From positions 1 through 64,000 of the forward strand of contig CBDCCS010000019.1 in assembly GCA_965214935.1 (NCBI GenBank): a stretch of DNA of 64,000 bases, given 5' to 3'. The position numbers and the translations under genes were made by a program. Position 1 is the stretch's first letter; each line of letters starts with the position of its first letter. The notes below the pieces were generated by a model that worked only from the letters and a program-made list of their open reading frames with translations, was not told where the DNA came from and did no database searches. This DNA is from Candidatus Velthaea sp. Its GTDB lineage: Bacteria; Vulcanimicrobiota; Vulcanimicrobiia; Vulcanimicrobiales; Vulcanimicrobiaceae. Shown here piece by piece: positions 10,054 through 19,144 of the stretch.

Positions 10054-11010
10054 TTACCCCCAGAGTGTGCGTGCGGTTGTTAAGGCGCTTTCGAGGCGCT
10101 GGGGCACCCAGCCCTCGCCCGCCCACGGATCCCCACCGGTGTGCACGAGCTTCGCCACGTTCTTGATCGTCCAACGCGCCATCTCGCGGCCGGTCTCGGA
10201 CCCGCGTTTACGCCGCATCGCTTCGATCTCCGGCCAGCGGAGCGGCATCGATACCGGTGCGCCGTCGCGAGCCCGGACGCTGAACGGGGCCACGTAGGTC
10301 TTGCCCTTACCCACCTGGACGTAATCGAGATACACGGTCCGCTTGGCTCGCTTGACAATCGTCCGTTCGAGGGTGGTTTCATCCGGCATGACGTCATGGA
10401 TGCGCCGGGCGAGCAACTCGGCGAAGCTCTTGGCCAAGTCGTAATCGTAGCGCGGCTCGAGCGGAATCACCAGATGCAGCCCGCTTCCACCGGTTGTTTT
10501 TACCAACGGATGCAAACCGATTGCAGCGAGCTCTTCGCGAAAGCGCAGTGCAACGCGGGCGAGCGTCGCGATGCCGCACTCGAACGGATCGAGATCGATG
10601 AGCACGAAATCAGGCGTGTCGAGCGTCGGCAAATGCGAATACCAAATATGCAGGACGATTGCCGCGAGATTGGCGACGTACGCGAGCGTTGCTTCATCAT
10701 CGCAGACGATGAAATCAATGTGATCGCGACGCGTCGATGCATCGACGGCGGCCGTTCGAACCCACGCCGGCATGCCGCGCGGCTTCTCTTTTTCCCACCA
10801 CGTTTCGCCGTCGATACCGGTCGGAAAGCGTTCGATCGTCAACGGCCGGTCTTTGAGATACGGCAGAATGAATGGCGCCATCGACCGGTAGTACGCAACT
10901 AAATCGCCCTTGGTGTATCCGTCGCGCGGAAATAGCGGCCGATCGGGATTCGACAGAACGACGATGCGCCCGTCGATGTCGACCGCGCTCTCCACCCGCC
11001 GCGGACTCAT
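10054..11010 (-). CDS. LigD polymerase (AEP primase-polymerase) domain, stand-alone
   Basis: LSNPDRPLFP, TKGDLVAYY, IDLDP, KTTGGSGLH, APFSVRAR. Confidence 0.93.
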   Translation of the reverse strand: MSPRRVESAVDIDGRIVVLSNPDRPLFPRDGYTKGDLVAYYRSMAPFILPYLKDRPLTIERFPTGIDGETWWEKEKPRGMPAWVRTAAVDASTRRDHIDFIVCDDEATLAYVANLAAIVLHIWYSHLPTLDTPDFVLIDLDPFECGIATLARVALRFREELAAIGLHPLVKTTGGSGLHLVIPLEPRYDYDLAKSFAELLARRIHDVMPDETTLERTIVKRAKRTVYLDYVQVGKGKTYVAPFSVRARDGAPVSMPLRWPEIEAMRRKRGSETGREMARWTIKNVAKLVHTGGDPWAGEGWVPQRLESALTTARTLWG

Positions 11011-11013
11011 CGT

Positions 11014-12660
11014 TTAACCGCTACCGGCTTCGCGTTGCGCGAGATCGACCTCGCGCTCGCGAACGACGTCTGCGGCGCGTTTGTCGTTTCGCAGCCCGAT
11101 GAACACCGGCTGGCGCAAGATATCGTCACGCGTCCACTCGGCAAACTCGATCTCCGCCACGAGCGTCGGTGTAACCCAATGCGCCCGGGTGTTGGTTTTC
11201 GGCTTCGGGCTAAACGGCGCGCGATCGACTTCTAAGGCAGCGAGCCGTTCGCCGATTGCCTTGAGCTTGGGACCATCGAATCCGGTGCCCACATGGCCGG
11301 CGTAGATAAGCTTGTCTTGTTGGTAAACGCCGAGCAGTAGCGCCCCGAAGGCGGTGCGGCTGCCGCGTGGTTCGGTCCAACCGGCGATGACGAACTCCTG
11401 GCGCCGTTTGGCTTTCACTTTTAGCCATTCGCGCGTACGTGTTGCGCGATAGGTCGACGTGCGGAGTTTCGCGATGATGCCTTCGAGATTATTTTCAACG
11501 GCAAAGCGGTAGAGCTGCGTACCGTCGCCGGCAACGTGCTTTGAAAACATCACGCCGCGTTCAGGTACGATGAGCGATTCGAGTCGCGCTTTACGATCCT
11601 CGAGCGGCGTTTCGCGCAGATCTCGACCGTCGGCGTAGAGGCAATCGAAGGCTACGAAGGTGACCGGTGTGGTCGAGGGCTTGGCATCACCCGCGAAACG
11701 TTTATCACGTGATTGCAGCGCTTGAAACGACGAACGGCCACGTTCATCGAGGATGCAGATCTCGCCGTCAACGACGATCGGCAGCGAACTGAACGCTGCG
11801 TGCATCTCGCCGAGTTCGGAGAATTGCACGAGTAAGTCGTTCCCGTTACGTGACGTCAATGTCAGCGAACCGTCGGCCTGGATGACCGCTATGGCGCGAT
11901 AGCCGTCCCACTTGAACTCGAAGAACCAATCGGGGTCGTCGAAGGGCGCGTCGACGAGCGTCGCAAGCATCGGCGCGACGTTCTCCGGCAGCGGCTGCTG
12001 CTTCGAGCGGCGAGTCGCACGCTTTGCCGACGCGCCGGGCGTTACGGCGGCCCGATCGCTCTGCCATTGCTTTTCCGTTTCTCGCGCGCGCGCAATATCA
12101 TCGAGCGTCTTGCCCGTCTTCGCGCTTTGAGGATGTGCGTCGACGCTCCATTGCGGATCGACGAATTCATCGCGGTCTTTGATGAGCAGCCACGGTTCGC
12201 CGTTTTGGTCGCGTGAATTGCGTATCTTCACGAGCGTAAACATGCCGTGAAGTTTTTTACCGCGCATGATGAACTTAATTTTGCCGCCGGCAATCTCAGC
12301 GACCGGATCTGTCCCTTCCGCTAAGCGATACGTCCCCTCGTCCCAAACGATCACCTCACCGGCCCCGTAATTACCCTCCGGAATAATGCCCTCGAATGTC
12401 CGGTAATCGAACGGGTGATCCTCGACATGCATCGCGAGCCGTCGCTCGTGCGTGTCGAGCGACGGGCCTTTCGGTATTGCCCACGATGCTAGCACGCCGC
12501 CGGCCTCAAGCCGGAAATCATAGTGCAAACGCGTCGCCCGATGCTTTTGAATGACGAAACGCAAGCTGCGCGACGGCTTGCGTACGGCGCCCTTGGGTTC
12601 CGGCGTATCGCTGAAATCACGCTTGCGAACGTACTCGGCCAGCGGTTCTTTGGTGCTCAG
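11014..12660 (-). CDS. ligD: LigD phosphoesterase plus ATP-dependent ligase
   Basis: KRDFSDTPEP, HRATRLHYDFRLE, EFKWDGYR, EGIIAK; start uncertain (CTG at 12660 after GGAGG, or GTG at 12759). Confidence 0.92.
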   Translation of the reverse strand: MSTKEPLAEYVRKRDFSDTPEPKGAVRKPSRSLRFVIQKHRATRLHYDFRLEAGGVLASWAIPKGPSLDTHERRLAMHVEDHPFDYRTFEGIIPEGNYGAGEVIVWDEGTYRLAEGTDPVAEIAGGKIKFIMRGKKLHGMFTLVKIRNSRDQNGEPWLLIKDRDEFVDPQWSVDAHPQSAKTGKTLDDIARARETEKQWQSDRAAVTPGASAKRATRRSKQQPLPENVAPMLATLVDAPFDDPDWFFEFKWDGYRAIAVIQADGSLTLTSRNGNDLLVQFSELGEMHAAFSSLPIVVDGEICILDERGRSSFQALQSRDKRFAGDAKPSTTPVTFVAFDCLYADGRDLRETPLEDRKARLESLIVPERGVMFSKHVAGDGTQLYRFAVENNLEGIIAKLRTSTYRATRTREWLKVKAKRRQEFVIAGWTEPRGSRTAFGALLLGVYQQDKLIYAGHVGTGFDGPKLKAIGERLAALEVDRAPFSPKPKTNTRAHWVTPTLVAEIEFAEWTRDDILRQPVFIGLRNDKRAADVVREREVDLAQREAGSG

Positions 12661-12781
12661 CGTGCCCTCCAGCGCAACACGCGCGAAGCAAAAATAATCA
12701 AGCTCAACGCATACCCATAACGGCCTGCTCGGTCTTCGCCACGCCTTCGCCGCGTTCACTGCGTTTCGAGCGGCCGGCCCT

Positions 12782-14284
12782 CTAGGGAATCGGAGACGCC
12801 GCTGAGCTGGCGCTCGGTAACGGCAACGGCGAGGCCGGCGAACCGGACGTCGCCGGTCGCGGAAGGTCCAGGTGCCGCGGCACCGGTGTCACGAGCGATC
12901 CACGCGGGACCGCGACGTATGACTTCGGGCTGCACGGAAATTGAACGCTGGCAATGTCGGCAGCGCCGCCGTTATCGTGGCGCACCACCGCCGAGTTTGC
13001 ATTGGTTGCGACCGCCCCACCGATTGCCGCACTATGCGAAGCGGCACCAACTTCACGGATCTCCTGATACGGATGTTCGATTATTTTCCAGGCTTTGCAC
13101 ATCGTGATCGGGCCGAAGGCATATGTATCGTACACGTAAGACACTGAGTCCGCGTGTCCGGCACCGCGACGTTCGTAGATGAGACCGAACGTTCGTTTCA
13201 AGATATCGAGCGGTGGCCGTAGGCGTTCTTCGTAGGCAAGAACGGCGTTATCAAAAACGCTTTGCCCGTCGCCGATTTTGATGCGTTTCGGCGTGTAATC
13301 GACATCACCGTCAACACCGAGATGCTTGAGCCGGTCGTTCAAGTTTGCCAGCGCTCCGCCGGGCGTCCCCGGCGCAGCGACGCTCGGAGCTTCATGTTGC
13401 CGGGCGGGGAGCACCGCGCTCGATGAGGCGGCGGATGCGGGTGCGGCACCCGAGGATGTCGCAGCGTGCAGTTGCGCCGCGCCCGCGACCGGTCCCGTGG
13501 TCGCCGCTGTCCGAGTAGCGGGCGCACCCGAACCCGGTCGCAGCGGAGCGGCGGTCCGAATCTGGGCGGCCGGCGCAGGCGTTGCAGCTCGAATCGGTCC
13601 TGCCGTCGGCGCGAATGTCGGTGCTAGCGTCGGCGCGGCTGTCGCGGCTAGCGTCGGTGCGGCTGTCGGTGCTAGCGTCGGCGCGGCTGTCGGTGCTAGC
13701 GTCGGCGCGGCTGTCGGTGCTAGCGTCGGCGCGGCTGTCGGTGCTTGTGTTGCCGGCACACTTGACGGTTGCGGTACCGGCGCGATCGACGGCGGCGCCG
13801 GTTGAGACTGGTACGCAAGATCGGCAGTGGCAGCCGGCAAAGGTGCCCGTGCTTGCGGTTTAGCCGTCGGCACGGCTGACGGCAACGACTCCACAGCGGG
13901 AGCCGGTCGCGCCGCTTGCGGCGAGGCTCGGTCAACGTTACGCGCTAGTTCGTGCGGTCGTGACGGAACGTGCGCGCGTTGCAACGGCGTAAGCGACGCT
14001 ATCGATGTAGCGCCGACGTTCGTCGTTACCGTTGGGCGATGTGCGACCGGCCGAATCTGCGGACGACGTGTTGTCAACGGCAACGGCACCAAACTGCTCG
14101 GCGCCGTTAAGGGCGAAGCGTCGCGTCGAACGATCGTGACATCGCCCGCCCGAATCGTACGTGTCTCCGGTTCACCGCTCAGATCGATCGAAACGAAAAC
14201 GAACCAGATAAGCGCAAATGCGTGCAGAACGAGCGACAGTCCGTAACTCGCCGCCCAGCGACGACGATGCTGCGGATCCGGCAT
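12782..14284 (-). CDS. TonB/TolA-like membrane-anchored Pro-rich protein with unknown C-terminal domain
   Basis: TM helix with SLVLH motif, long Pro/Ala/Thr linker, globular C-terminus. Confidence 0.6.
   Translation of the reverse strand: MPDPQHRRRWAASYGLSLVLHAFALIWFVFVSIDLSGEPETRTIRAGDVTIVRRDASPLTAPSSLVPLPLTTRRPQIRPVAHRPTVTTNVGATSIASLTPLQRAHVPSRPHELARNVDRASPQAARPAPAVESLPSAVPTAKPQARAPLPAATADLAYQSQPAPPSIAPVPQPSSVPATQAPTAAPTLAPTAAPTLAPTAAPTLAPTAAPTLAATAAPTLAPTFAPTAGPIRAATPAPAAQIRTAAPLRPGSGAPATRTAATTGPVAGAAQLHAATSSGAAPASAASSSAVLPARQHEAPSVAAPGTPGGALANLNDRLKHLGVDGDVDYTPKRIKIGDGQSVFDNAVLAYEERLRPPLDILKRTFGLIYERRGAGHADSVSYVYDTYAFGPITMCKAWKIIEHPYQEIREVGAASHSAAIGGAVATNANSAVVRHDNGGAADIASVQFPCSPKSYVAVPRGSLVTPVPRHLDLPRPATSGSPASPLPLPSASSAASPIP
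13617..13745. repeat. Coding tandem repeat, 24-bp unit, about 5.4 copies (APTLAPTA)
   Basis: GTCGGTGCTAGCGTCGGCGCGGCT repeated; one variant unit at 13641-13664. Confidence 0.95.
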
Positions 14285-14390
14285 AACGACCGCTAGCTAC
14301 CACACTTAGCAGCTGTTGCCCTGGCTGATAATTCGCGCGTCGAGCAATGCGGCGACAATCTTCGTCGGCAGCTGCGCTGTTGCGCCGGCG

Positions 14391-15815
14391 TTAATTTTCG
14401 GCCGGCGTGTAATCCAACGGTTGCGTGTCGAGCTTCACTTGAGTCTCGAAGAACGCGCTATTTATGCCTGCGTGGACGCCCGGCACGAGATTGAACGGAC
14501 GATTGCCGTTCGCCGTCGAGAAATCGAACATGTCAAGCAGGTTGTCCGAACGCTCGTCGGTCGTGCCGAGCGTGGGTAACTTCCAATTGTACTCGATGAA
14601 CTTTAGCAAACTTGCATACTCATGTTGAACGTGCGAAACGTAGTGCCGTTTCGCAAAGCGCGACGCGACGATAAGCGGTACGCGAAAGCCCAGACCGTTG
14701 CGGTCGAGTTGCCGCGGCGCCACGTGATCGTACCAGCCACCAGGATCGTCCCACGTTACGAACAGCGCAGTGTCGCGCCAGTAACCGGCAGGCGAGGTTG
14801 CCAGAGCATCGGCAAGTGCAGCGACATAATCCGGTCCGAGATTGGTGGTTGCTTGCGCGTGATCCGAAGCGATGACGGGCGGATTGAACCACGAAACCGG
14901 CGGCAACTGACCCGCTTCGATGTCGAAGAACTCGCGCGCAACGCCCTGTTTTGAAAGGACGTCGCCTTGCCAATCCGGACCGAACCGTACGCGCGCAAAC
15001 GCATCGTAGGGTTGGGTGCTCACATCGTATTCTTGCCCGGTAGCGGTATAGCTCAAATTATTCGAATAATATTTCCATGCGATTCCATAACGATCGAGTT
15101 CATTACCCATTGTCGCTTGCCGATAAAGACACGGAAATTCGGTGCCGGCAATTTGCCCGTTCGATGCGAGATACGGTACCGTCGTCCCGGCAGGCGCATC
15201 GCAACCCCAAACTAGCGCATTGCTCGGATCGTCGGTCTGATTGCCTGACGTACCGGCAATAATATACATATGGCCGGGATAGCTCGGTCCCGACTGCGAT
15301 GCGAACATCCGATCCGCAACACCGAACTGCGATGCGAGATCCCAGTACGGTTTAACTTCGGCATACGGAACATAGCCGTAAGGATAGTATGCGGGCGTCG
15401 GGCTAGGATTGGCACCAATACACGACGCCGGTGTCGTGTCGAAGCCGTTCATGTGTCCGCCGTTGAAATCTTTGATCCATGCTTCATGCGAATGATCCGG
15501 ATCGCAATTGCCCTCGAACGGTGCGACTTGCAGCGCAATGGGCTGGCCGGCATGACCGCGGCCGCTACGAACGGTATCGGCGCCCGGAAAACCGCGAAAG
15601 ACGTTGTCGAACGACCGGTTTTCCATTACGACGATGATAACGTGTTTGATCGGTGTCCGCGTCAGCGGGGGCGCAGCAAGATACGGCGACCCGGCCGTCC
15701 GTAATGCGACACCATCGGTTTGGCGCGCGGACGTAACGGCGGTGCTTGCGACCGTCAGCGCGAGTACACCGGCGGCTGCCGTGCACGCTATGCCTCTGTA
15801 AAATGAGCCGAACAT
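14391..15815 (-). CDS. Secreted phosphoesterase (phospholipase C/acid phosphatase family)
   Basis: IKHVIIVVMENRSFDN, DPDH, TWDDPGGWYDHV, GFRVP; signal peptide. Confidence 0.9.
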   Translation of the reverse strand: MFGSFYRGIACTAAAGVLALTVASTAVTSARQTDGVALRTAGSPYLAAPPLTRTPIKHVIIVVMENRSFDNVFRGFPGADTVRSGRGHAGQPIALQVAPFEGNCDPDHSHEAWIKDFNGGHMNGFDTTPASCIGANPSPTPAYYPYGYVPYAEVKPYWDLASQFGVADRMFASQSGPSYPGHMYIIAGTSGNQTDDPSNALVWGCDAPAGTTVPYLASNGQIAGTEFPCLYRQATMGNELDRYGIAWKYYSNNLSYTATGQEYDVSTQPYDAFARVRFGPDWQGDVLSKQGVAREFFDIEAGQLPPVSWFNPPVIASDHAQATTNLGPDYVAALADALATSPAGYWRDTALFVTWDDPGGWYDHVAPRQLDRNGLGFRVPLIVASRFAKRHYVSHVQHEYASLLKFIEYNWKLPTLGTTDERSDNLLDMFDFSTANGNRPFNLVPGVHAGINSAFFETQVKLDTQPLDYTPAEN

Positions 15816-16151
15816 GCATCTCCCGTGCAGCAGCGACGTATCGAATCGATTGAATCGAGCAGCTTACGCATACCCACCGTGCGTTATCAAGAGATTAAGA
15901 AGCGCTGCGTACCGGTTTCGATGCGCTTGAATGAGATGAGCCGCCCGGCCATCAGCGAGCGACAACATGAAAGAAAACTTGCAAGCGCGCAGCAAAATTT
16001 GACCCGGCAATGTTTCACGGCAGTCAAGCCGAACGAACGGCGGTGATCTCGCCAAACGAGCCGATCTTCGTACGGTCCAACTATTCGACGCGACGTAATG
16101 GTGCCCAAAGCAGCATTGCCGGCACCCCACCCTGCCACGACCGCTCGTAAA

Positions 16152-16448
16152 GTGGCCGACTTCACCTCACTCGGCTATGCCGTTCTGGGCATTGGCTTGA
16201 GCGCCGGCGGCGTGCTGTTTGCGCTTACGCGCGCGCGTGCGAAGCGCTCATTTTACGCCGTCGACGTGTATCACATGACCGCTCGAACGCACCGGCGTTT
16301 CGCCGCGCTGAGCGCCGGCTTCGCGGCAGCGTTCGTCGGCGCCCTGCGATGGCCGGCGGTGATAATCCCGGCACTCGCAATCTACGCGCTCGCGCTCATC
16401 CTTTACCTAAGTTCGTTTGCACGCGGGTTTTCCGGCGAAGATGAATAG
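16152..16448 (+). CDS. Small membrane protein
   Basis: Three hydrophobic segments; start uncertain (ORF open from 16098). Confidence 0.6.
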   Translation: MADFTSLGYAVLGIGLSAGGVLFALTRARAKRSFYAVDVYHMTARTHRRFAALSAGFAAAFVGALRWPAVIIPALAIYALALILYLSSFARGFSGEDE

Positions 16449-16469
16449 ACGAATGCCGACGGCATCAGG

Positions 16470-17636
16470 TTACGCTCCCGCGCGGTAGATTGCATTCCAG
16501 TACCACGAGCCCCAAAGACCCATTGCAATCGAAACGGCGAGCAACGCGTACCACCAAGCATTCAATCCGCGCCGCGCAGCAAGCACCATGAGCACATACA
16601 GAAACGCCTCGAAGTCCAGCGCATGCCGCATGCCGAACTGGATGAACCCGTTCACATAGTACAAGAACGACGGACCGGCGGCGAGCAGCACGGCGAACCA
16701 AAGTGAAACAACGAGCGGCCGTGGCCGCTGCGCGAAGAAGGCAAAAAACAACGCCGGACTCGTCCAGGTAAGTGCGACGCCGTTCTGCGACGGAACCGCA
16801 TATGGCGGATCGCTCATGAACTGCGGTGCCTGTACAAAGAACGACCATAATTGATTCGGCACGTTAGCGACTGAAAACGGTGAGCCGACGCTATTTCCGA
16901 CGTCCGCGTCCTGATGAAAAAAAATCGTATGGCCGGAATCCCACGGCACGTGCCAGCGCACTTCGTTGTACGCAAACCAGCTGACGATAAACGGAGTCAA
17001 CGTTGCAATCGCGGGGACGACCGAGCGCGGGCGGCGCTGCTCGACGCCGAAGCCATAAGCGAGCCAATACAAAAAGGCCGGCAACGTGAGAACGACGGTA
17101 AAGCGCGAGCCGCACGCGAGCGCGAAAAAAATAATGACGAGCCACTGACGCGCGCGACCGCTCAGTTCGCAAAGCGCGCACAAAAGAAACGCAATGCACG
17201 CAACGTGCGCCAGGTACCACACGTCGCCGAGCATCGCGCACCACATGACGTCGGTGCCGCACAGTAAGAACGCGGTCAGCCACAGCGCATGACGCTCGTT
17301 AACGCCGAGATTGCATGCAAGTTGCCAGCTCGTACCTGCCGCCAAGCCCGCGAGCGCGCAGGCAAGCAACGTCTGATTTGTCGCCGTATGCCAGATCGCA
17401 ACGAACGGCAATAGTAATACGCCGGGGACCGGATCGTTGACGATGTAGCGGTGGCCATCAAAAAGTACCGCATCGATGTATGGTCCAGGCCACGCGATCC
17501 AGACATGGCCGTGCAGCAGCGCATCGGCGAACAGAACATAATTATTGTATGGGGTTGAACGATTGTGAGCGAATGCGGCAGTGAAAAGAAATGCGACCGT
17601 TCCGACGAGTAGCGGCCGGAGCGCAGCAACCGTCAT
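16470..17636 (-). CDS. Multi-pass membrane protein, GT-C glycosyltransferase-like
   Basis: N-terminal TM, aromatic/acidic external loop, many TMs, QFGMRH near C-terminus; overlaps the DUF2723 gene. Confidence 0.55.
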   Translation of the reverse strand: MTVAALRPLLVGTVAFLFTAAFAHNRSTPYNNYVLFADALLHGHVWIAWPGPYIDAVLFDGHRYIVNDPVPGVLLLPFVAIWHTATNQTLLACALAGLAAGTSWQLACNLGVNERHALWLTAFLLCGTDVMWCAMLGDVWYLAHVACIAFLLCALCELSGRARQWLVIIFFALACGSRFTVVLTLPAFLYWLAYGFGVEQRRPRSVVPAIATLTPFIVSWFAYNEVRWHVPWDSGHTIFFHQDADVGNSVGSPFSVANVPNQLWSFFVQAPQFMSDPPYAVPSQNGVALTWTSPALFFAFFAQRPRPLVVSLWFAVLLAAGPSFLYYVNGFIQFGMRHALDFEAFLYVLMVLAARRGLNAWWYALLAVSIAMGLWGSWYWNAIYRAGA

Positions 17637-19123
17637 CGCAGTGCGCGAGCCGCAAACAAGTGCGGGGCGGGCGTAATCGAGGTGTACGGATCGAACCGTA
17701 CTCCATCGACGGAGACGACCGGATCGTCGGTCACGAATGTAATCGGCCGTCGGGTGATCCAGGTCGCGTAATAGGCATCGTAATCTTGCGGCCAGCCGGT
17801 CACCACGATACGGTCGCCGAGCCGTTTTTCAACGTACGCAGCGTAGGCGAGCGGCGTCGCGTACACCCATGGGACAATGAGGATCGCGCGGGCGGGCGTT
17901 TCGCGTAAGATGCGATCGACGAAGCGCTGCGCGGAGCGATCGCCCGTCGTTTCAAAAGCTGCGCGGCCGGCGTAAAGATTGCCGGCCGCGACGAAGGCGA
18001 ACAGCGCCGCGACGACAGCGACGATCGAACGCGGCGCCCGCCTGAGCCCGCCCCGCGCAAGCACCTCGGCGCCGGCGCCGAGAAATACGCCGATCGCCCA
18101 ATACGACGGCAAGAAGTAACGCTCGGGATCCGATTCGGCCGGATAGGCCGAGACGAAGAGCACCGGCAGCAGCGTCCCGGCCAGGATGCCGACGCCGGCA
18201 AACGGTGATTTCCGGACGACGGCGGCAATGCCGATAACCGCAATGAGCATGATCCCACCGGCAAGATCGCCGACCGCTGCTTCACCGTATCGCGCCGGCA
18301 GCTTACGCAGTGTTGCCGGATCGATCAACCGCTTGAGCGCGCCCGCTGCACCGAATTCGCCGCCGCCGACCTCCGCACGAAATCCCGCCCATGTCGACGG
18401 ATGGTTGGCGTCCCAGAACGGCCGGCCGGGCGGAAGACCCAGCGCCAGCGTCGGATCGCGCCGCTGCGCAAACACCGCTGCGCTTCGAAGGGGCAGATAG
18501 GCATATGCCGCCAAAACGACGGTAACGCCGACAGCGAGACACAGCAGCGCGGTGCCGAGACGCGGGCGGCGGCTCAGTGCCGTGAGCACGATCCCCGGAA
18601 CGAGCAGAATCATGCCGCTGTGGACGGCCAACGCCGTCCCCGTCGCAAGCGCGCACGCCGCCAGCGACGCCACGGTGCCGGTCCGTTTCCAACGCAGCGC
18701 GGCCCAAAAACTTAAGCCGGCCGCCGCTAATGCGATTGCATGCACGTCGGCGTGCGTTGCATGTTCCCAAGGCACACGAGTGAACGCAAACACGAGCGCG
18801 GCGCCGGCAGCAAACACCGGCTCGACGTCGAGTTCGATCACGATTCCGGCGAGCGCCAAAGCCGCAGTGGCCATGCCGACGGCCGAAAACAGGTTCATTC
18901 GATAGGCCGGATCGCCGAACGGCACGGCGTGCGACCAACACCAGCCGAGCAGCACGTACGCCGGAAAACCCGAAGGATGCGCGATGCCCAAAATGTACGG
19001 CACCGTTTGCAATTCGCCCGTATCCCAGTACTGCACGCCGGGACTAAGCGACGCAATGTAGACACCGAGCGGCACGCAAAACGCAACGGCACCGGCAAAA
19101 AGCGAACGAAGGCGCAGAGTCAA
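17633..19123 (-). CDS. DUF2723 / TMEM260-like membrane glycosyltransferase
   Basis: WDTGELQ...LGIAHPSGFPAYVLLG motif, YAYLPLR, ERYFLP; TTG start at 19123 inferred. Confidence 0.8.
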   Translation of the reverse strand: MTLRLRSLFAGAVAFCVPLGVYIASLSPGVQYWDTGELQTVPYILGIAHPSGFPAYVLLGWCWSHAVPFGDPAYRMNLFSAVGMATAALALAGIVIELDVEPVFAAGAALVFAFTRVPWEHATHADVHAIALAAAGLSFWAALRWKRTGTVASLAACALATGTALAVHSGMILLVPGIVLTALSRRPRLGTALLCLAVGVTVVLAAYAYLPLRSAAVFAQRRDPTLALGLPPGRPFWDANHPSTWAGFRAEVGGGEFGAAGALKRLIDPATLRKLPARYGEAAVGDLAGGIMLIAVIGIAAVVRKSPFAGVGILAGTLLPVLFVSAYPAESDPERYFLPSYWAIGVFLGAGAEVLARGGLRRAPRSIVAVVAALFAFVAAGNLYAGRAAFETTGDRSAQRFVDRILRETPARAILIVPWVYATPLAYAAYVEKRLGDRIVVTGWPQDYDAYYATWITRRPITFVTDDPVVSVDGVRFDPYTSITPAPHLFAARALR

Positions 19124-19144
19124 GGGCGTGCAACTACGGCGGTA

